64,000 nucleotides of DNA from the human T2T-CHM13v2.0 reference genome, Homo sapiens: assembly GCF_009914755.1 (NCBI RefSeq), contig NC_060934.1. One strand, given 5' to 3'. Under the pieces are notes generated by a model. It worked only from the letters and a program-made list of their open reading frames with translations, did not search any database and was not told the origin of the DNA. The position numbers and the translations under genes were made by a program. How positions within the stretch are numbered: the stretch's first letter is position 1; the number at the start of each line of letters is the position of its first letter. This document shows positions 47,388 through 64,000 of this stretch, piece by piece.

Positions 47388-48126
47388 TAAAACAGACTTT
47401 CAACCAACAAAGATCAAAAGAGACAAAGAAGGCCATTACATAATGGTAAAGGGATCAATTCAACAAGAAGAGCTAACTATCCTGAATATATACGCACCCA
47501 ATACAGGAGCACACAGATTCATAAAGCAAGTCCATAGAGACCTACAAAGAGATTTATATTCCCAGTCAATAATAATGGGAGACTTTAACATCCCACTGTC
47601 AATATTAGACAGATCAATGAGACAGAAGTTTAACAAGGATATCCATGACCTGAACTCAGCTCTGCAACAAGCAGATCTAATAGACATCTACGGAACTCTC
47701 CAACCCAAATCAACAGAATACACATTCTTCTCATCCCCACATCACATTTATTCTAAAATTTACCACATAATTGGAAATAAAACACTCCTCAGCAAATGTA
47801 AAAGAACAGAAATCACAACAGACTGTCTGTCAGACCACAGTGCAATCAAATTAGAACTCAGGATTAAGATACTCACTCAAAACCACATAACTACATGAAA
47901 ACTGAACAACTTGCTCCTGAATGACTACTGGGTAAATAATGAAATGAAGGTAGAAATAAAGATGTTCCTTGAAAGCAATGAGAACGAAGACACAACATCC
48001 CAGAATCTCTGGGACACATTTAAAGCAGTGTGTAGAGGGAAATTTATAGCACTAAATGCCCACAAGAGAAAGCAGGAAAGATCTAAAATCGACACCCTAA
48101 CATCACAATTAAAACAGCCAGAGTAG

Positions 48127-48216
<90 letters not shown>

Positions 48217-51200
48217 TAAAAAATCAATGAATCTAGGAGCTGTTTTTTTGAAAAGATCCACAAATAGACCACTAGAAAAACTAATAAAGAAGAAAAGAAA
48301 GAAGAATCAAACTGATGCAATAAAAAGTGATAAAGGGGATATCACCACCAATCCCACAGAAATACAGACTACCATCAGAGAATACTATAAACACCTCTAA
48401 GCAAATAAACTAGAAAATCTAGAAGAAAGGGATAAATTCCTGGACACATACACCCTCCCAAGACTAAACCAGGAAGAAGTTGAATCTCTGAATAGACCAA
48501 TAACAGACTCTGAAATTGAGGCAATAATTAATAGCTTACCAACCAAAAAAAGTCCAGGACCAGATGGATTCACAGCCAAATTCTACCAGAGGTACAAAGA
48601 GGAGCTGGTACGATTCCTTCTGAAACTATTCCAATCAATAGAAAAAGAGAGAATCCTCCCTAACTCATTTTATGAGGCCAACATCATCCTGATACCAAAG
48701 TCTGGCAGAGACACAACAACAAAAAAGAGAATTTTAGACCAATATCCTTGATGAACATCGATGTGAAAATCCTCAATAAAATACTCGCAAACCAAATCCA
48801 GCAGCACATGAAAAAGCTTATCCACCATGATCAAGTCGGCTTCATCCCTGGGATGCAAGGCTGGTTCAACATATGCAAATCAATAAACATAATCCATCGC
48901 GTAAACAGAACCAATGACAAAAACCACATGGTTATTTCAATAGATGCAGAAAAGGCCTTTGACAAAATTCAATAGCCCTTCATGCTAAAAACTCTCAATA
49001 AACTCGTTATTGATGGAACGTATCTCAAAAGAATGAGAGCTATTTATGACAAACCCACAGCCAATATCATACTGAGGGGGCCAAAACTGGAAGCATTCCC
49101 TTTGAAAACTGGCACAAGACAGGGATGCCCTCTCTAACCATTCCTATTCAATATAGTGTTGGAAGTTCTGGCCAGGGAAGTCAGGCAAGAGAAAGAAAGA
49201 AAGGGTATTCAATTAGGAAATGAGGAGGTCAAATTGTCCCTGTTTGCAGAAGACATGATTGTATATTAGGAAACCCCATCATCTCAGCCCAAAATCTCCT
49301 TAAGCTGATAAGCAACTTCAGCAAAGTCTCAGGACACAAAATCAATGTGCAGAAATCACAAGCATTCCTATACACAATTAACAGACAAACAGAGAGCCAA
49401 ATCATGAGTGAACTCCCATTCACAATTGCTACAAAGAGAATAAAATACCTAAGAATCAAACTTACAAGGGATGTGAAGGACCTCTTCAAAGTGAACTACA
49501 AATCACTGCTCAAGGAAACAAAAGAGGACACAAACAAATGGAAGAATATGCCATGCTCATGGATAGGAAGAATCAATATTGTGAAAATGGCCACACTGCC
49601 CAAGGTAATTTATAGATTCAATGCCATCCCCATCAAGCTACCAATGACTTTCTTCACAGAATTGGAAAAAACTGCTTTAAAGTTCATATGGAACCGAAAA
49701 AGATCCCTCATTGCCAAGACAATCCTAAGCAAAAAGAACAAAGCTGGAGGCATCACACTACCTGACTTCAAACTTTACTATAAGGCTACAGTAACCAAAA
49801 CAGCATGGTACGGGTACCAAAACAGATATATAGATCAATAGAAGAGAACAGAGTCCTCAGAAATAATACCACACATCCACAACCATCTGATCTTTAACAA
49901 ACCTGACAAAAACAAGCAATGGGGAAAGGATACCCAATTTAATAAATGGTGCTGGGAAAACTAGCTAGTCATATGTAGAAAGCTGAAACTGGATCCCTTC
50001 CTTACAATTTATACAAAAATTAATTCAAGATGGATTAAAGACTTAAATGTTAGACCTAAAACCATAAAAACCCTGGAAGAAAACCTAGACAATACCTTTC
50101 AGGACATAGGCATGGGGAAGGACTTCATGACTAAAACACCAAAAGCAATGGCAACAAAAGCCAAAATAGACAAATGGGATCTAATTAAACTAAAGAGCTG
50201 CACAGCAAAAGAAACTACCATCAGAGTGCACAGGCAACCTACAGAATGGTGGAAAATTTTTGCAATCTACCCCTCTAACAAAGGGCTAATATCCAGAATC
50301 TACAAAGAACTCAAACAAATTTACAAGAAAAAAACAAACAACCCCATTAATAAGTGGGCGATGTATATGAACAGACACTTCTCAAAAGAATACATCTATG
50401 CCACCAACACACACTTGAAAAAATGCTCATCATCACTGGTCATCAGAGAAATGCAAATAAAAACTACAGCAAGATACCGTCTCATGCCAGTTAGAATGGC
50501 AATCATTAAAAAGTCAGGAAACAACAGATGCTGGAGAGGATGTGGAGAAATAGGAATGCTTTTACGCTGTTGGTGCTAGTGTAAATTAGTTCAACCACTG
50601 TGGAAGACAGCGTGGTAATTCCTCAAGGATCTAGAACTAGAAGTACCATTTGACCCAGCAATCCCATTACTGGGCATATACCCAAAGGATTATAAATCAT
50701 GCTACTATAAAGACACATGCACACATATGTTTATTGCAGCACTATTCACAAGAGCAAAGAGTTGGAACCAACCCAAATGTCCACCAATGATAGACTGGAT
50801 TAAGAAAACGTGGCACATATACACCATGGAATACTATGCAGCCATAAAAAAGGATGAGTTTATGTCCTTCGCAGGGACATGGATAAAGCTGGAAACCATC
50901 ATTCTCAGCAAACTATAAGAAGGACAGAAAACCAAACACTGCATGTTCTCACTCATAGGTGGGAATTGAACAATGAGATCACTTGGTTACAGGGCAGGGA
51001 ACATCACACCCTGGGGCCTGTCTTGGGGTGGAGTGCTGGGGTAAGGATAGCATCAGGAGAAATACCTAATGTAAATGGTGAGTTGATGAGTGCAGCAAAC
51101 CAATATGGCACATGTATACCTATATATCAAACCTGCACATTGTGCACATGTAACCTAGAGCTTAAAGTATAATAAAAAAGAGGGAGAGAGAAATTAATAT

Positions 51201-51225
51201 ATACAAACACAAACACATACACACC

Positions 51226-52425
51226 TGAGAGACCTTCCAAAAATTTGTGGAAAAATGGAATTGAAATATAAAACCAAAAATATCAACTTTATTTCTCAAG
51301 AGAAGCTCCATGAAGTTTAAGACACTCTTATAAGTGATGATACTAGCCCTAAAGCACTGAGGGTCCTAGGAATTTAACCATGTCAATGTAATATTTTTTA
51401 CGTTGTTAACTGAAGAAAAATGGGTGCCCTTTACAGATTTTTTTTGAGATTAGTAAATGAAAAGAAGTCGGAAAGAGCCAAATCAGGACTGAATGTGAAT
51501 GTCTAATGATTTTCCCTTGAAACTTGCACAAAATTGCCCTTGTTTGATAAGAGAAATGAAGAGGACCACCACTGTGGTGTAAAAGACCTCTCTGCTGAAG
51601 CTTTCTTGGGCATTTTTCTACTGCAGCTTTGGCTAACATTTTCAAAACACACTCTTAATCATCAGATGTTATCGTTCTTTGGCCCTCCTGAAAGTCAACA
51701 AGCAAAATGCCTTGAGCATCTCCCCACACTGTTGCCATGACCTTTGTTCTTGACTAGTCCACTTTTGCTTTAACTGGGTCACTTCCGCCTCTGGATAGGC
51801 ATTGCTTTGATTGTGCTTTGTCTTCAGGATTGTACTGAAAAAGCCATATTTCACGGGTTTAAAATTTCCACTGAAAAGTTTTGCCCTTGTCTGCAGCTGA
51901 TATGGGTGAAACAATTTTGGCACCCACAAGGGGAAAGTTATCTGAACTTTAATTTTCCAGTCAGAATTGTATATAAGCTGAACCAATAGAAAGGTCTATA
52001 GCATTGGCTACTGTTTGTGCTGTTAATCATTGGTTGTCTTCAATTAGGGCATGAGCAAAATGACTTTTTCCTTACAAATTGGTGTTCATGGTTTGCTGTT
52101 ACAGGCTTCATTTTCCACATTATCTCACCGCTTCTTAAAATGAGTTATCCATTTGTAAATTGCTCATTTCTTTAGGTCATTGTCCCCATAAGTAAAGCAT
52201 CAATGATTCCACTCTTCTTCTACTCAAGCTTCACCATCAACTTGATGTTTTTTTTTCCTGCTTCAATTTTAGCAGAATTCATGTTGACTTGGCAGGAGCT
52301 CTTTTCAAACTGAAGGCTAATTTTTCTTAGTGCCTCACACTAGACTAGGCATGTTCTAACAAATTAGCATGAGTTTATTTTAATGCAAAAAATAAAATCC
52401 ACATCTAGTTTTTCAATGAACTCCT
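51226..52425 (-). mobile_element. HSMAR2 mariner transposon, degenerate
   Basis: Reverse complement gives ATGAATTCTGCTAAAATTGAAGC…TTATGGGGACAATG…TTTACAAATGGATAACTC (Hsmar2 transposase N-terminus); TIR-like CTTCCAAAAATTTGTGGAAAA. Confidence 0.8.
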
Positions 52426-52590
52426 TCCCTCCCTCCCTCCCTTCCTTCCTTCTTTCCTTCCTCTCTCTTCCTTCTCTTTCTTTCTCCTTCCTTCCTTTCT
52501 TCCTTTCTTTCTTTTTCTTTCTTTCCTTCTTTCTTTTCTTTCTTTCTCTCTCTCCTTCCTTCCTTCATCCTTCTCTTTCTTTTTTTCCCC
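52423..52590. repeat. CT-rich (TTCC/TTTC)n simple repeat, probably derived from the Alu tail
   Basis: Seen directly. Confidence 0.85.
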
Positions 52591-52594
52591 CAGC

Positions 52595-52858
<264 letters not shown>

Positions 52859-52859
52859 A

Positions 52860-54930
52860 AGAAGTCATTAGAGAAATTCAACAACAGATTTGAGCTGGCA
52901 AAATAATCAGTTAACTTAATGATAAATCCACTCTGAGGAGCAGAAAGAAAAAATAATGAGGAAAAGTGAAGAGAACCTCAGCAACCATACCAACATACAT
53001 ATAATGCTGCCATACTGCTTCAGAGGGAATGAGAAAAGAAAGAGGTAGAAAAAATATGTGATAAAATAATGTCTGAAAAGTTTGATGAAAAACATTAATC
53101 TGTACCTTCACGAAGCTCAGTGAACTCCAAGTGGAGTAAACTCCAAAGGATCCACACATGGACATATCATAGTCAAATTGATGAAAATCAAAGACAGAAA
53201 AAATCTTGAAGGCAGCAAAAGAAAGGCAATTAATCAAGTACAAGGAATATGAAAAAGGTTAACAGTTGACTTCTCATCAGAAACCACAGAGGCCATTAAA
53301 CGGCAGGATGACATCTTTGGAGTACTAAAGGAAAAAGCCTCTCAGCCAAGAATTCTGTACCTAGCTAAATCTCCTTCAAGAATGAGGGAAAATAAAGACA
53401 ATTCTACAAAGACAAAAATGGAGATAATCTGTTGCTAGCAGACCTACCCAAGATAAATACTATCCAGAGTGCTTCAGGCTAAAATAAAAGAAGACTGGAC
53501 AGTAATTCAAATCTGCATACAGGAACAAAGAACACTAGTCAAGATGTAACTACTCAGATATTATAAAACATAATATAAATATGTTTTTGTTTCCAAATAT
53601 TTTTTCTTTACCTGTTTTAAAAGACTGCATGAAAGGTAATTACAAAATTATGCTTATAGAGTTATATAAAGATATAGTAATAATTTTTATGAAGCTAATA
53701 ATACAAAGGAACAAGAGAGAAAAAAATTATTGTGGAGTAAAATATTAGGACACTTGAAATTAACTTAGCATATTTTAACTAAGTTAAGATGCTACTTGTA
53801 GTCCCCAGGACAATGACTAAAAAAATATATGATGGTGAAACCCTGTCTCTACTAAAAATACAAAAAAATTAGCCAGGCGAGGTGGCACGTGCCTGTAATC
53901 CCAGCTACTCTGGAGGCTGAGGCAGAGAATTGCTTAAACCTGGAGGGGCGGAGGTTGCAGTGAGCCGAGATCGCGCCACTGCACTCCAGCCTGGGTGACA
54001 GAGCGAGACTCCATCTCAAAAAAAAAAAAAAAGAAAAAAAAGAAAATATCTCACAAAAGTGCAGTAAAAGAAATAAGAGAATAAAAGACACAGTAGAAAA
54101 TATCTATTTAATACAAAAAGGCAGGAAATCAAGAGATTGAGAAACAAAAGACATAAGACATAGATGAAACAAAAAGTAAAATGATGAATATAAATCCAAC
54201 TTTATTAGTAATAGCATTAATTTTAATTAATTACCCCGATTAAAAGGCATAAGAATGGACTTTAAAATGATCCAACCGTATACTCTCTATGAGACACATG
54301 CTTTATATTCAAAGATACACATGTTAAAAAGGGAAAAATATAGCAAAAAGGAAGCAAACAAAAGAGAGCTTTAAGATAAAAATGGTTACTAGAGAAAAAG
54401 AGGGACATTTTATAATGATATCAGGGTTAATCCATCAGGAAAATATAATGATTATGAACATATATGTACTTAACAACAGAGACCCAAAATACATGAAGAA
54501 AAATCTGACAAAAGTAAAGGTAAAAATAGATAATTCAACAATAATTGTTAAAGACTTCACTACTTCAGTACAAATAATTGACAGAACAACTAGGTAGAAG
54601 TTTAACAAGAAAATAGAAAACTTGAATAATATTATAAACCAACTAAACTTAACAGACCTCTGTAGAACATTCCACCCAAAAACAACAGAATGTTTGTCTT
54701 AAGAGGACATAAATTATCCTCCAGAATAGACCATATTTTAGGCCACAAAATAAATCTTAATAAGTTTAAAAGTCTTGAAATTATACAAAATATTTTTTTC
54801 AACCTTATTGGAATGAAATTAGAACAAACAACAGAAAAAAAGAAATTCTCAAATATCTTAAAATTAACTAACATATTCCTAAATGAATGTGTCAAAGAAG
54901 GAATTATAAGAAAAATTAGAAAAAAATAAG
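52860..54930 (+). mobile_element. Ancient L1ME ORF1 and ORF2-EN remnant
   Basis: ORF 54382-54597 (KEGHFIMI…NIYV…DF) and ORF 54690-54929 (SRIDHILGHK). Confidence 0.75.
53832..54045 (+). mobile_element. 5'-truncated AluS
   Basis: ATGGTGAAACCCTGTCTCTAC…GAGACTCCATCTC followed by an A-tail. Confidence 0.88.
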
Positions 54931-54934
54931 TTTG

Positions 54935-55357
54935 AATAACTTAAATATCTATCAAGAGATGAATGGATAAACAAAAGTGGTAAATCTAGTCAATGGAGTA
55001 TTATTCAGCCATAAAAAGGAATGAAGTACTGATACATGCTATGACACAAATAAACCTTGAAAAATTATGCAAAGTGGAAAAAATCATTTATTATATAATT
55101 AAATGTATGTAAAATGCCCAGAATAGGCAAGTCTGTAGAGACAGAAAGTAGATTAATGTGATTGCCAGGGTCTAGGGGGAGAAAGGAATGAAGAGTGAGG
55201 ATTAGTGACTACTAATGGATGTTTCTTTTTTCACTGATGAAAAATTGTTTTGAATTTAATAGTGGTGGTAGTTGCACAATCTAGTGACTATGTGAAAAAA
55301 CACTGAATAGAAGACCTTAAATAGGTGTATTTTACAGTAAGTGAATTATACCTCTAA
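54935..55357 (+). mobile_element. L1MB7/8-like 3' end
   Basis: GCCATAAAAAGGAATGAAGTACTGATACATGC…GTGAATTATACCTC. Confidence 0.75.
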
Positions 55358-55359
55358 AG

Positions 55360-56750
55360 AGAGCAAAGAGTCATAGATGAAAAGGAGGAAATGGACCAGA
55401 CTGAGGAGAGTACTTGTATTTTGATATGGATTCGTCTCTCCCTGCCCCACTCATGAACTGTAACTCTAGACTTTGGAAATAACACAGCAGGCAACAAAGT
55501 GGATTTTTGAAAGGTAGTGAGAAGACGGTGAGCTGAATTCAGATGTCGGGACTGGAGGAAGAGCACTGTAGAAAGGATGTCTTAAATCCTCCACTTGACA
55601 GAAGAAAAGACCCAGGCCCAGTGTTTCTCACCCCACCCAGCAACAGAAGGCACCCAGCTGGGCTCTTTCCTACATAGATTGAAATAGAGTTCCTATGAAA
55701 AGATGACCTGCTTGGTAATCAATTGAGGACCCCACTAACAATAAGCAAAAAGGGGAAGAGCTCTCCTCCTCCTGAGACTCTGGGGCCTGAGACTTCCCTC
55801 CTTCACTGAGAGGCCTTGTGGACCAGGTGGCATTGGCAAGAGGGATATACCCACAATCAGTGGCATGCCTGGGAAGCTTCTTTGGCCCTGTGGGGCTGAC
55901 ACTCTTCTCCCGCTAGAGATACCAGGGCAGGTAGGGGTCACTGGTAGAGGGATCCCTCCACAGCAAACAGGCAGGCCTGGGAAGCACTCTAATTTCCTCA
56001 GATGCAGGGGAAATCCTGCCACAACAAGTGCCTGGCCAGGAAAACCTCTTCTGCATGGACCCCAGATTTCCTTCCTTTAATGGGAAAGCCATAGGTAGGC
56101 AAAGAAACCTGGTAAGAGAGGCCCAGCTACAGCAAGCAGCCTGGTCCAGGAAACCTGATGGTTTCGATGAGCCAGAGACTTTCCTTCCCTGTCCAGTAGC
56201 ACAGGGGAAGTGTCTAACCATAGAAGCCTCTTTGGATGTTCCTTGGATATAGAGTTCTTCTATCCACCAGGAAAATGCCAGGGAGGAAAGATGTACCCAG
56301 AGAAAACAAGCAGCCCTGCCCACTTAGTCTTGAGAGTATCTTTGTCCCTGTGGGGCTGAAAATCTCTTACTGAGAGACATTGGAGAACCCTGGGGGGTGA
56401 GGGGTGATGTCTGGCAAGAGGCTGTAGGTCATGTCAAAACAAGCACTCAGCCAAGAGCACAGTCCATTTCTCAACAGACAGGGAGGATGCCACCATAACA
56501 AAAGTCCTTCTAGGAAAGACTCTGTCTTGCAAGCAGTACAACCAGGGACCTAAGAGCCACCAGACTAACAGTCCAACTGACATAGCAAAAGCTCTGAAAA
56601 CTAGACTGTCATTGGAACCACATCCCACAAAATTGGCCAATACCTGGCTGGTGAAACTAAACCAGGTGACCTCCTGCTAAAATAATAGGTAAATAGGACC
56701 TGAGTCTCCTAACATCAACCATCATTGAAGAACCAAGAAAACTATGTGAA
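55360..56750 (+). mobile_element. Ancient L1M 5'UTR-like sequence, followed by ORF1 remnants at ~57480-58910
   Basis: Homologous to 33490-34380; downstream L1M ORF1-like motifs. Confidence 0.5.
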
Positions 56751-56754
56751 TGAG

Positions 56755-56796
56755 TATATTAGTCAGGATTCTCCTGAGAAAAAGAACCAATAGGAT

Positions 56797-56846
<50 letters not shown>

Positions 56847-57470
56847 TAGTGCTGGGGGTGTTTAGGTCCTCCACTTGACAGAAGAAAAAGACCCAGATGC
56901 AGTGTTTCCCACCACACCCAGCAACAGAAGGCACCCAGCTAGGCCCTTTCCTACTCAGATTGAAGTAGAGTTCCTATGAACTCTGGGGGATATTACATAT
57001 ATATAATATATAATATAATAATATGCATTTTTACATATATAAATATATACATATGTATCTATCATATATATCATGTATATGTGTATATATATATATATAG
57101 AGAGAGAAGGAAATTTATTTTAAGGAATTGGCTTACATGATTATGGAGGTTGGCAAGTTCAAAATGTGCAGGGTAGGCTTGCAAGATGGAAGCCCAGGGA
57201 AGAGCCAATGTTGCAGTTCAGGCCCAAAGACCATCTTCTGCAGAACTCTCTTTTGCTCGGGGAAGTGAGTCATTTGTTCTATTCAGGCCTTCAACTGATT
57301 GATCGAGGCCCACCCACATTATGGAAATCAATCTGCTTTAGTTTAAAGTCTGTCAATTTATATGTTAATCTCGTCCAAACCCACTCTCATAGAAATATCC
57401 GGAATAATGTTTGACCACATACCTGAGCATTATGTCCGAGCCATGTTGACACATAAAATTAACCATCATA
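56755..57470 (-). mobile_element. MLT2 (ERVL) LTR with (TG)n/(TA)n microsatellite
   Basis: ATTAGTCAGGATTCTCC…AAGAACCAATAGGA…TTTAAGGAATTGGCTTAC…ATAAAATTAACCATCA. Confidence 0.8.
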
Positions 57471-57989
57471 ATGAGAGAAGACAACCAAAGTATACCAATG
57501 TCAATATGAATCTTATGTTGGAATTTTCTGATAAAAATTGTAAAGAGGGCACTATAAAAATGTACCAACAATCAACTACAAGTTCTCTTAAAACAAATTA
57601 GAAAAGAGAAAATTTCAGCAAAGAAATAGAGACTACAAAAAGAACCAAATGGAAATTTTAGAAACAAAAATACAATAACCAAAATAAAAAGCTATCTGGA
57701 TGGATTCAATGGTAGAGTGGAAATAACAGAGGATAGAATCAGTGAACATGACAACAGATCAATAAAACTTACCTGGTCTGAATAATAAAAAAAAATTAGA
57801 ATAACAAATAAGACAAAAATCAGAGACTGAGGGACCTGTAGGATAATAACAAATGGTTCAACATTTTTATTATCAGAGTCCAGGAGAAGAGTACAAAGAG
57901 AATGGGGCTGAAAGAGTAATCAAAGAAATAAGAAAGAAAACTTCCTAACATTGGTGGAAGACAAAATCCCACAGATTTAAGAAGCTGAG

Positions 57990-58725
57990 TGTCTTAGTCT
58001 ATTTGGGCTTCTATAAGAGAATACCATAGACTAGGTGGCTTATGAACAAAAGAAATTTATTTCTCATAGTTCTAGAGGCTGGGAAGTCCAAAATCAAAGT
58101 GCTGGAAGATTTGGTGTCCAGTGAAGTCCTGCTTCCTGGTTCACAGATGTCTCTCCTTTCCCTGTGCCTCATATGGTGGAAAGAACAAGGGAGTTCTCTG
58201 GCCTCTTCTTGTAAGGACCCTAATCCCATTCACAAGGGCTCTGTATTCATGACCTAATCACATCCTGATATGGTCTGAATATATCCCCCAATATTCATGT
58301 GTTGAAGATTTAATCCCCAATGCAAAAGTGACTTTAGATGAGGCCTTTGGGAGACGTTTAGGCTATGAGAGCTCCACTTCACAAATGGATTAATGTCATA
58401 ATAAAAGAGCTTGATGAAGCGAGTTCATCCCTTTTTGCCCTTCAACCTTCTTCCACATGTGGACACAATATTCCTCCCCACACCAGAAGATAACAGCAAG
58501 CAGGCTTTCACCAGAAACCAGAGGCTGGCATTTTGACCTTGATCTTCCCAGTCCCTAGAACTGTGAGAGATAAACTTCTGTTTCTTATAAATTACCCAGT
58601 CTCAGGTAGTCTGTCATAGCAGCACAGATGGACTAAGACAGCTCCCAAAGCCCCACCTCCAAAAATCACATTGGGAGTTAGGTTTCAATATATACATTTT
58701 CAGGGGACAAGCATTGTCTATAGCA
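57990..58725 (-). mobile_element. MLT1A-like LTR containing a nested MST LTR
   Basis: TGTCTTAGTCTATTTGGG…TAGCA; 5-bp TSD CTGAG at 57985-57989 and 58726-58730. Confidence 0.8.
58266..58640 (+). mobile_element. MST (MSTC/D-like) LTR
   Basis: TGATATGGTCTGAAT…ATAAATTACCCAGTCTCAGGTA…GGACTAAGACA. Confidence 0.8.
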
Positions 58726-58937
58726 CTGAGCAAATACAAAAGAATATAAACCAAATAAATCCATGCCAATACACATTCTAACTAAACTTCAAAAAATTAA
58801 AACAAAAACAAAAAATCTTCAAAGCAGTCAGAGAGAAATAACACATTTCCCAGAGGTAGTTGTAATGACAGTGTATTTCTCATTTGAAATAATAGAGGTC
58901 AGAATAAAGTAGCATTTTAAATAATTAAAATGCTTAT

Positions 58938-61455
<2,518 letters not shown>

Positions 61456-61489
61456 AAAAGGGCACAGTATATTTGTATTCAGAAAACAA

Positions 61490-63885
61490 GCAAACAAACA
61501 AAAACCTTTCAGCTGGCAATTCTATGTCCAGCTAAACTATCCTTGGGAATGAGTTTTCAGGTAAAACTAAGAGAATTTGACATTAGCAGCACTACCCTTA
61601 AAATTGACATAAGAAATTCTTCAAACAAGTGAATGATAAGAGAATCTTGTAGCATCAGGAAGAAAGAAGGCAAAATGAAAAGAGCAGAAATACAAGAGGT
61701 TATCCTATTTTACATGAGTTTTATAAATCATATTTGATTATTAAAAGGAAAATTATAACATCCTCTGATACTCAAGACAATGATATTTTAAAGTAGGCAA
61801 GGTAAAGCAACCTAAATGGAAGTGAGGTATCCACATTTCCCTTGAAGTGGTAACATGTTGATATCAGTAGACTTTGATAAGTCACATATGTACATTATAG
61901 TACTCAAGCAATAACTCAGAAAATTATATAAAGAGATATGCTCCAAATCATTACAAATAAATAAAAATTGAATCCTGAAAAATATTGAATTGACTTGCAG
62001 GAACAGGAAGGCAAGGATGTAAAACATAGGACCAAAAGAAGCAAACAGAAAATAATTGCTAAAATAATAGAACACTTCATTGCTAACTTAACAATAATTA
62101 TCATGAGTACAAACCATCTAAAAACACCAATCAAAAGACAGAGATTAGTAGAATAAATTAAAAATATTACCTAAGAAAATGTTGTTTTGAAGCAACTTGC
62201 TTAAATTTCAAATGACGTATGCAGATAAAGTGAATGATGAAAAAATATTCCATGCAAATATTAATAAAAAGTAAAAGTGGCTATATTAATATCTGATAAA
62301 ATTTACTTTAAAAACAAGAAAACTTCCAGTAATTCATAGTGATAAAAGAGACATCTACCAGAAAGATGTAACAAACCTAAACATGCACACACCAAACAAC
62401 ACACCTTCAAAATACATGAAGCAACAATGGATAGAGCTGAAAAGATAAATAGATAAATCTGCAGTTACATGTGAACATTTACCTAAACCTCACTGTTTAT
62501 ATAAAAAAAACTCAAAATCAATCGCATGTTTTTTTAATTGTGAAATGCAAAATTATCCAACTTTTTGAAATAAAATTAAACACAGGAGAAAATCTTCAGT
62601 TCTTAGACTTGGCACCAAGTGCAAAACTCATAAAAGGAAAAATCTTTTTAAAATTTATACAATTAAACTTTTTTCTAACATGAAATTTTTTGCTTTGTGA
62701 GGATAAAAAGACAAGCTACAGATTGGAGAAAATGTTTGCAAACCACGTATCTGACAAAGAACTAATATCCAGAATATATAAAGAACTCTCCAAACTCAAT
62801 AGTAAAAAAAAAAAAAATTCACGATCGAATTAGAAAGTGGGCAAAATATGTAAACACGTTTCACTGAAGAGGGTATACAAATAATCACATCAAAAGATGT
62901 TCAATATCATTAGCCTTCAAGTAAATACAAATTAAAACCTTGATGAGATCTCATGCCACACCTATAAGAATGTCTAAAATAAAAAATACAGTGATAGTGA
63001 TAACACCAAATGCTGGTGAATATTTGGAGGAACTACATCACTCTTACATTACTTGTGGGAATGTAAAATGGTTCGACCACTCTGGGAAACAGATTGGCAG
63101 TTTCCAATAAAACTCAACATAAAATTACTGTACAACTCAGCAATTACACTCTTGGACATTTATCCCACAGCAATGGAAATTTATGTGCATGCAAAAAGTT
63201 GTATATGAATGTACATAGCAGCTTTATTTATAATAGTAAAAAACTAGAAAGAACCCAGATTTCTCAGGGGGTGAATGATTAAACAAACTGTGGTACATCC
63301 ATACCATAAAATACTACTCAGCCATAAAAGGAAAGAACTATCCATATATGCAAAGACTTGCATGATCTTAAGAAAATTGTGCTGGATGAGAAAAGCCAAT
63401 CTCAGAAGCTTGCATACCATATGATTCCATTTGTATGACATTCTTGCAGTGATAAAATTATAGAGATGAAAGAATAGAGGGATAAAATTGTAGGCATGGA
63501 AAACCGATTGGTGGTTGCCTGGGGGTAGAGATGGAATGGGAAAAGATGTAAATGTGCTTATAAAAGTGCCACACCAAGTTTCTCATGGTGATGGAACCGT
63601 TCTGTATCTTGACTATAGCAGAGGATAAACAAACCTACAAGTGTGATAAAATTGTGTAGAACCAAATGCATACATACACGAGTACAAGGAAAAACTGGTG
63701 AAATCTCAGCAAAATTAGGGGTGTATCAATGTCAGTATCATGGTTGTGATATTGTTCTACAGTTTTGCAAAATGTTACCATTGGGGGAAACTGGATCAAT
63801 GGTACATGAGACCTCTCTGTATTACTTCTTTGACTGCATGTGAATCTACAGTTATCTCAGTAAAAGCCTCTATTAAAAAAAAAAA
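61490..63885 (+). mobile_element. Ancient L1MC/MD fragments (ORF1 end, ORF2 pieces, 3' end)
   Basis: CTGACAAAGAACTAATATCCAGAATATATAAAG…TGTTACCATTGGGGGAAACTGG…GTGAATCTACAGTTATCTCA. Confidence 0.7.
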
Positions 63886-64000
63886 GACAGAGGGGAGGTA
63901 GAAATTGTAGGAGAGCACAGAGGTAGTGGCAATTAAGAAGATGAAGGGGACAATAAGTCTTTGAAAAAAGGACACAATAAAATACATTTAAATATATTAT

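Noticed and set aside
47311-47436. N-terminal extension of the 80-aa ORF upstream of MDNLSD
   Set aside because: Crosses the outer TSD into antisense L1PA6 sequence; the authentic start is the ATG at 47310.
47356-47898. 180-aa plus-strand ORF starting in the RAP1GDS1 fragment and running into L1 endonuclease
   Set aside because: GTG start on the antisense of the insert fused by chance to the broken L1PA6 ORF2; it lacks the EN N-terminus and stops early.

Overview
Human genomic DNA (a human-specific AluYb8 is present), almost entirely non-genic. Two LINE-1-dense blocks (about 1-17 kb and 38-64 kb) flank a ~21 kb L1-poor island carrying MIR, L2, MER20, LTR40 and MLT relics. I recognise no host-gene exons in place. 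The main feature is a 5.83-kb minus-strand chimeric retro-insertion (41557-47387) inside ORF2 of an older full-length L1PA6-like element. Read 5'->3' it contains the RAP1GDS1 (SmgGDS) 5'UTR and first 37 codons without introns, an inner TSD copy, an L1PA2 with a spliced 5'UTR (SpIRE97/622 junction), a single stop in ORF1 and an open 1275-aa ORF2, a short A-tail, a second inner TSD copy, ~97 bp of unique sequence and a second A-tail, all bounded by an outer TSD. The best reading is a host-promoter-driven, multiply spliced L1 RNA with both 5' and 3' transduction. Other observations are a probable gene-conversion tract between inverted L1 copies 48.5 kb apart, two local templated insertions, an ancient local duplication and multi-level TE nesting. 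Repeat subfamily names come from remembered diagnostic motifs, and boundaries of old repeats are approximate.
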